Source: the human T2T-CHM13v2.0 reference genome, Homo sapiens. From it: a stretch of 64,000 nt of DNA. Shown in pieces: positions 55,951 to 64,000 of the stretch. The stretch's first letter is position 1. Every line of letters starts with the position of its first letter. The stretch lies in NCBI RefSeq assembly GCF_009914755.1, contig NC_060939.1; one strand, 5' to 3'. The notes under the pieces are model-generated. The model was given only the letters and a program-made list of their open reading frames with translations. It was not told the origin of the DNA and did not search any database. The position numbers and the translations under genes are program-made.

Positions 55951-58812
55951 CCAAATCTATCTAATTCTGAGATTTAGATGTCAATATCCATTTTTATTAA
56001 ACAATAAATGTGGGATTTTGGACTCCCACCTGCCCTGCACTTTTGTAGTATTCCTTTATTGGCTCAAAACTCATGCATGGAAGTAAGGTGTCATTTATTG
56101 GGCCTCCTCAAGACACAACAGGCATTGAGTGACACCCCAGGGGTTGCCCCTGAAAGCATCAGCCTCTATAAGTTGGAGATGGAATGGCACAGTGGCTAAG
56201 AGCCCAGGCTCTGAGGTCAGATAACCTAAGTTCAAGTCTGGGCCTGCTACCTAACACTTAGGTAATCTTGGTCACATACTTACCCTCATTTTGCCACAGG
56301 TTCTCCATGTGAAAAATGGAGAAAAACCATAATTGAAGAACCCATCTCTTAATTAATTGAGGATTAAATGAGTTAATGCAGGCTAAAGGCTTAAGACCAG
56401 CACATGGTTGAGTGCTCAGTAAACATAGACTACTCTTATTACTGCCTACAAGCAGCTATGCAGTCTCTTAAAAGTGGCAACATCATAAACATTTTTCCAG
56501 CTTAATTTGTGCCTATGACCAGTCAAGATATTAGCTACAGCAATGTGTTTGAGTACTTCATGCCTGGTCTAAATGCATCCATCCATCTCAGCATGAGGAT
56601 GTGTGTGTGAATGCTCCCCTCATGGGCAGGGGACTGCTTGTCCTTTAGGGCAATTCTAGTTATCTACATCAAATATAAAATGTACATTTGGTTGTGAAAA
56701 TCTGAGTGTATCATAGAGCCAGGAAGGAGACTACAAAAGAGGGATCACACTTGGCTGGGAAACTTGGCACCTTGCCCAGTGATTGGCTTTAAAGGCTCAC
56801 TGAGACCAACTTGCTGAGCAAGGGCTTCGTTTTTCCCATCTGCATGTGCCTCAGTCATGCCAGGTGGAGAGTTCTTAAGCTTCTTCTCTCTCATCTCCTG
56901 CAATTCCCAAAGCAGGGGCAACCTAGATCCCTGCTTCTTTTGGAGGGATGAGAAGTGAAGGGCCAGTTGCAGGACCTTGTGATGAAAAGGTATCTGGTCC
57001 TCTCCTCACCCTTGGTAACATGGGATCCCAGAATTGCTCCACAGGGCCCTGCCCTGCACCATCAGCTCAGCTGGCCAGGGCTTCCAGCAGTGGACCCTGA
57101 CAACAATGAGGTTCCTGGGCTCCTCCTGTCTCTGGTGCTAGGTGGAGTCACCTTTCTGTAAATTCCATGTTATTCCAGACCCACCCTAACCTAGAGCTTG
57201 GAGAAGGAAGGGCCCACCGTATTTAGCAGCTGGATTAACCCAGACTTCAGGTTAAACTTCCCTCCATCAGCATGGTCTCAGTGTTTCTTGGCTCTGCTAG
57301 GAGAGGTTATTTCTGGTTGGGCCTCCAGTTCACAGCCCTGAATCGGAGTCAAAACTGCATCATTGATATACAGCCACCTCCAGCTTAACCTCCAGCTCCT
57401 TCCCTAGGAAATCCGTTCTCCCTTCCTCCACTGTCCTCCAAGCTCCTTGGGCTGATAGCTGGGCCTTGCAGTTTCTCATCGCAACCTTCTGCTTAGCTCT
57501 CTCCTCTATTTGCTGTTGGGAGTTGGGGGAGCTTGCCACCTTCCCACTTAACTCCAGATCCAGTGCCTTCTCACTTGCTGATGGTGGCTGGAGCTCCAGC
57601 TATGGGTCTTTTCCCCTCACCTTTTCCCCTCACCTCTTTCCCTCAACTCCTGTCCCCACCTCTCTGTCATTACAGGGCCCCACCCGTTCCCAGCTCAGAG
57701 CTGGGTCTCTACTTCAGCCACATTTCTCTGGTGTTTGCCTTTCTTCCTGCCAGGTATTACTATCATACCCATATCCATCTGTGCTTTGCCCAGTAGTCCA
57801 ACCTCACCCTTAGCCCTGCTCTTCTTCACTCCTGGGGCCAGCTAGTGCCCTCCACCAACACCTGGACCTGTGGACACCTCTTTCCCAGACAGACGGCAGC
57901 AGCCTCTTAGTCCTCTGAATAGATGACTTTATTCCTTGTATTCTGGTACACAGAAATCTCTTGAATTAGGCTTATTTTAAGAATAGAGTTTAGATAAGTT
58001 TCCCAAGCTATAATTCATCATGAACCTTATTTTCCCAAGTCTAGAAGATTCTCAATACTAGTACTTTCTTGATCTTATCAGAGGGTGTCCATGGAAGGTC
58101 ATGACCATCACCCAGCTGAGTGCAGTAGAAGGAAGCTTTCTAATGTAAGTTGCATCACAGTTTCAGAGATGTGAGAGAAATTCAGAAATGTGAGGGAAAT
58201 TGTGAAATGTAAAACGTGAGGGAGAAAAGCATTCAGAATGGAAAAATAAGACAAAGAGTCCCTTCCCATCTAACTCACAACCCTGCCATCCCCAACCTAT
58301 TCCTTTTCCCAGGCTCTTTCTTTCTTCCGTGCTGTCTATCGACATGGACCCAGCCACACCGGCTGGTTTTTGCTGCTTTCTGTATGACCTGGTCTCTTGC
58401 CCCTTCCCAAGGTCCTCATCATCCAGGCAGAACCAACTTCTTCCTTGTGCCAGGGCTGTTACACCAGGAGAAAAAAAAGTATGACATTCTTCAGGGTAGA
58501 TCTTCTTACTACTGTGGAATTATTGTCAAGTCTTTAAATTTATTTCGCCAAATGTGCTCACTTTCTGAACCCTTAACATGGCAGAAACATCTTCTCTCTT
58601 CTCGAGGAAAACCTGTAAGAAAAAATCAGAAAGATTATTATAATTACAGAATTACAATAATCTCTGGGGTGGGGGAAGGAGAATTAAGTATGATTGTTTT
58701 CGAGGAAGAAAAGAAAGAAAAACACCTGCCCGTTTACTTACAAGAGGGAGGAGAGCTAGAACTGAAAGGAAAATGGAGTGGAGGAAGCAACAGGGCTTGT
58801 GACGACCCCTAA

Positions 58813-59165
<353 letters not shown>

Positions 59166-60101
59166 CTCCCTCACAGAATTCTTTCCGAGTGCTTGTGAAA
59201 CTTCTGAGGCAAGTGACTTGGTAGAGGGTGGAGGTTCCTATTTTGGTTTACACAAGCAGGGGTGAGCCAACACTCAGAGTGTGGAAAGCACAGGAGTGTG
59301 GGGAGAGAGAAGCACACAGAAAGGAGCTGCTAGGAACCGGCTGAACTGTGGTGGGAGTGAGGAGGCTCTGCCCTCTCAGAGGCTATGGAGTGGTGTTCAA
59401 GACAATTCACAAGGAAGCCTGGTGCCTCAGCTAACACTGGGTGGCATTCTGCTGAAGAGGAGCTGACACGTACTTTTCCATTTTCATTCAATCTTCAAGT
59501 TTAAACAATCACCATCAGAACTTTCAGAAGTGTATTATATACTCCAGAACACCAGAAATATAGTATAAAAGCTGCTATTTTTAAAATACCCCAGAGATAT
59601 AGGACCAAAAATGGGAACTACTTTCAGCCTTTCCAGATGGATGGCTTTCTTTCCTGATATAAAGGTTTTAAAGAGAAAAGGATGGCTCCATCTCCTTGAG
59701 TAACCTACAGCTTGTAACTTTCACAGTCTGAACACTCATCCTTATTTCTAACTAGAATGTTTCCAGGTGCAAATGTAATATATTTTCTCTGGCTGTGACC
59801 CAAAAGACAGTGAAATAGAGTCAGCTGATTTTCCCTGTATGGTAACCCTCCCTATTTTTTTCTCTCTTTTTTTTAAACAGAGATAGGAGTCTCACTATGT
59901 TGTCCACACTGGACTTGAACTCCTGGGTTTAAGTGATCCTCCTGCCTCAGACTCTGAGTAGCTGGGACTACAGGCATATCCTGTTTTTGAATCATGTCAT
60001 CCCTCTTTTAGTTAATTCAGATCAGTCACAAAAGTGTTCCAACTTTATGCCATAGGCATGGCTTTTCCAACATGGAGGACGTCAGTGCTATAAACCTTAC
60101 A

Positions 60102-60742
60102 CAGCCAATCCTTGTTATTTGCAGATGCCATATTTGCAAATTCACCTACTCGCTAAGGTTTGTCTCCTCAAAATTAGTACTTGAGGTGTTTTTGCAGTCA
60201 TTTGTGGGCATACACAGAGCTGTGAAAAATCTGAGTCACCCCACATGCCTGTTCCCAGCTCAGGTCAAACAAGGCAACACTCAGCCTTCTTGTTTCAGCT
60301 TTGATACTGTAAAGAATGTCCTTTTCATGACGTCTTTAGTGCCATGTTTTTCTCATTTCTGTGCTTTTTATTGGTGACCTCCAAGCATAGTGCTGAAATG
60401 CTGTCTAGCATTCTAGGAGGCTGTGGTGTGCCTCATGGAGGAAATACGTGTGTCAGATAAGCTTTGTTCACACACAAGTTATAGTCAGTTGGCTGTGAGT
60501 TCAATGTTATTGAATCATCAATCAATAAACAATAATTTAATGAATCAATATTAAATAAGGTGTCTTTAAGCAGAAACATCATAAAATAAGGCTCTGTATT
60601 GATTGGTTGATGAAAATGTGACCAGAGACTCATAGGACTCTAACTCTGTAGTTCCCCTAGGAGCAATGGTTCAGTATTTACTAATACAGTGTTCTCAGCG
60701 TTATTATAAAACATAACTACCAAGAATAATGAGTATTGACTA
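60102..60742 (-). mobile_element. MER82-type Tigger DNA transposon
   Basis: Imperfect TIRs cagccaatccttgttatt and aataatgagtattgacta; internal text resembles recalled MER82. Confidence 0.65.
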
Positions 60743-60804
60743 TACTTCATTTTCTCTGTATTCTTAAATATTACAGCTTGAAACAATGCTCTATTAAGAA
60801 TGTG

Positions 60805-61555
60805 GGCTGGGCGTGGTGGCTCACACCTGCAGTCCCAGCATTTTGGGAGGCCAAGGCGGGTGGATCACTTGAGCCCAGGAGTTCAAGACCAGCTTGGGCA
60901 CCATGGTGAAACCCTATCTCTACCAAAAATACAAAGATTAGCCAGGTATGGTGGTTTGTGCCTATAGTCCTAGCTGTAAGAGTTAAAAAGAAAGAGGAAA
61001 GAAACATGAAAAATGGCTCAATAAAGACAGGTTTATTTTGGAGAATAAACCTGAGAGGGGCTTCTGGCTGATTTCTGTCAGGAGTACTCTCTCTTACAGA
61101 CTAAGTGTATTTAAGGGTTCAGGGTGAGAGAGCCTATCACAGGCTTGGAATGTTTCTGTGTGGAGGAGAAGTTCATTGTGGGTTTGGAATGTCTCTGGTT
61201 GGAGGGGAGGTTATCTTGGGGCTGGCTTGTCTCTGGTCAGGGAGAGAGTTTATCTTACGGTTGGAATGTTTCTGGTTGGAGATGTCATTTGTGGTTTATG
61301 GTCATACTGACATTAGCCATTAGGCTGATGCCCTTTGGGTTGGATTTAGGCAGTTTTTGATCAAGGGGCACTTTAAAATGGTGGTGCTTGTCCAAGATGG
61401 TGATGCTCCTGCTCTGTCACTAGCTACTTGGGAGGCTGAGGTGGGAGGATCACTTGAGCTACGGAGGTTGGGGCTGCAGTGAGCCAAAATTGCGCCACTG
61501 CATTCCAGCCTGAGTGACACAGTAAGACCATCTCAAAAAGAAGAAAAAAAAAAGA
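60805..61555 (+). mobile_element. Alu (AluJ-type) split by a solo LTR
   Basis: Left part to ...tagtcctagc; resumes ctagctacttgggagg at 61420. Confidence 0.9.
60975..61419 (-). mobile_element. Solo ERV1 LTR (LTR19-like) inserted inside an Alu
   Basis: Minus strand starts TGACAGAGCAGGAGCATCACCATCTTGGACAAGC; 5-bp TSD CTAGC at 60970-60974 and 61420-61424. Confidence 0.78.
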
Positions 61556-61839
61556 ATGTGATCAGTATGAAGTATTGCAGCATGTTTTAATCCATTGCAG
61601 TCATTCTTCTTTTTCATGTTCAAATTGTTCCATCTTTGGACAGTAGGAGCCCCTGTATGTTGCCTGTATCATTTCACGTTGCTCCATTAATCTTTTATCC
61701 CTTTCTTGTTTTCTGGCCACAACAAAATGTGCCACGCCCATCTTGTACATTTGTTGCCCCACAACTGGAATGAATCATTTCTTCAAGAAACCCAGTTCCT
61801 TTGGTCTGAAAGGGAGGGAAAGAAAGGGCATAAGATTGA

Positions 61840-62295
<456 letters not shown>

Positions 62296-63694
62296 TAAAA
62301 TTAATACTGACTCCTGTGTATCTTCTCAGCCAGGAGTCATTTGACCTGTGTTACTCAGTTCTGAAAAGAAGAAATCCTAGGTTGGCACACAAAAAAAAGT
62401 TACTCCATGCCAGCATGAGAAGAGAGGGAGGGGGCTGAATCACAGAAAAACCTAGGCTGTGGCAGGAAGCTCTCTGCTCCTAGTGCCTACGACCCAGTTG
62501 TTTCTTCTCCCAGGAAAATTATATATCTTTCCAATGAAGCTGGCTCAGCGAGTGGTCTGCTTGTGATCTGCTTTAAGAGTGTTACCTTCTGTCAGACAGT
62601 TTACAGAGAAGTGAGGTCACTGTCCTAGCCACAGAGAGGAAGAACTGGGGGCATTGTGCAGAGTGGATAAAACAGCTAGAGTTAGAACCAAACAGACCCG
62701 GTCTGAACACTGACTCGGCCACTAGCAAGTCACATAAGTAAGTCACATTTTTTAAGTTTCGCTTTTCTCTTCTGTAATGAGGATAAGGATATTCCCATCA
62801 TAGGGCTGTTTTGAGTGGCATTCAGCGTCCTAGTAGGTGTGCAAGGTAAGGTAGCAATTACTATTAGCATAGGCAGCAAAGGGTAGGAGCATAACACAAT
62901 GATGTTATGACTTCATAACATCAGAGCACATAACATCAGAGCACAGGCTCTGAAGTCAGGCAAACTTCATTCAAATCCCAGCTCCACCGATTAACGATGT
63001 GACCTCAGGCAAATTATTGACCATTCCGAGGTCTCAGTTTCTGCATCTGTGAGAAGAAAATGAAAATTCCTACTTTCATAGAGTTGTTGTAAGGATTAAA
63101 TGAGATTCTATACATAACATAATACAATGAGTCAATAAATAATGATGATAGTAACTGAAAGACAAAACGAGGTACCCATTTGAGAGCCAGCCTTCTGTCT
63201 ACTCAGCAGAGAATCATGATAGTGTCATCACGGGGGTAGGGGGGATGGGGAAGGTGCATATGTTTCAGTGAAAGTGACAATTATATAAGTAACTTTTAGG
63301 AGCAACTTCTATTATATTCTACAAGACAGCAGCTCCTCCTGGGGGTCATGATGGGGACAGAGCTGTAGACATCATGGTGAACAAATTAAAGTGACTCAGC
63401 AGTTTAATGCTGACAATGAGAGGGGCTGGGACAGAAATGGCCAAGAAATACAAGAAAAGATGCATTTTCCTAATTATAAATAAGGCAAAGCATCTTTTTT
63501 GTACACTTGTCTGTTCCTTGATCATCTGTATTTCACTGTACATGAAACACCTGCTAATGCCTTTTGCTGATTTTTCTACTGAGTTGTCTTTTTCAATTTG
63601 AATTGTAGGCATTCTTTATATATCCTGGATACTAATCCTTTCTTGGTTAGATGTGTTACAGATACCTTCTCCCACCTTGTGACTTGCCTCTTCA

Positions 63695-64000
<306 letters not shown>

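Noticed and set aside
58216-58812. Longest ORF in the track (198 aa, + strand)
   Set aside because: GTG start, no recognisable domain or coding-like composition, deep in CAPN3 intron 1; consistent with a chance ORF

Overview
Human genomic DNA (primate Alu/L1 content; translated exons match the human proteins), chromosome 15q15 GANC-CAPN3 locus, both genes on the + strand. The window holds 17 coding exons of GANC (neutral alpha-glucosidase C, GH31; exons 8-24 if numbered back from a 24-exon gene). All have GT-AG boundaries, splice into one open frame, and include both catalytic motifs (WNDMNE, WTGDN). After the stop (44174) come the 3' UTR, a ~6 kb intergenic gap, the CAPN3 (calpain 3) muscle promoter, a uAUG-rich 5' UTR, coding exon 1 (51841-52149) and 12 kb of intron 1. 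Much of the window is interspersed repeat. GANC intron 10 contains an old L1 interrupted by MST, THE1, MLT2 and LTR13 solo LTRs, an Alu and a BNIP3 processed pseudogene. I see no wholly new gene system. The best leads are: (1) an intergenic exon encoding MSWQISLKTQTTQQKN that can replace CAPN3 exon 1 in frame; (2) a pseudogene-derived candidate terminal exon for GANC; (3) an inverted templated copy of the pseudogene/Alu junction; (4) uORFs, and MEF2/SRF/E-box clusters around CAPN3; (5) inverted Alus clamping a 65-nt GANC exon. Repeat subfamily names come from recall of consensus sequences and need RepeatMasker/Dfam confirmation.
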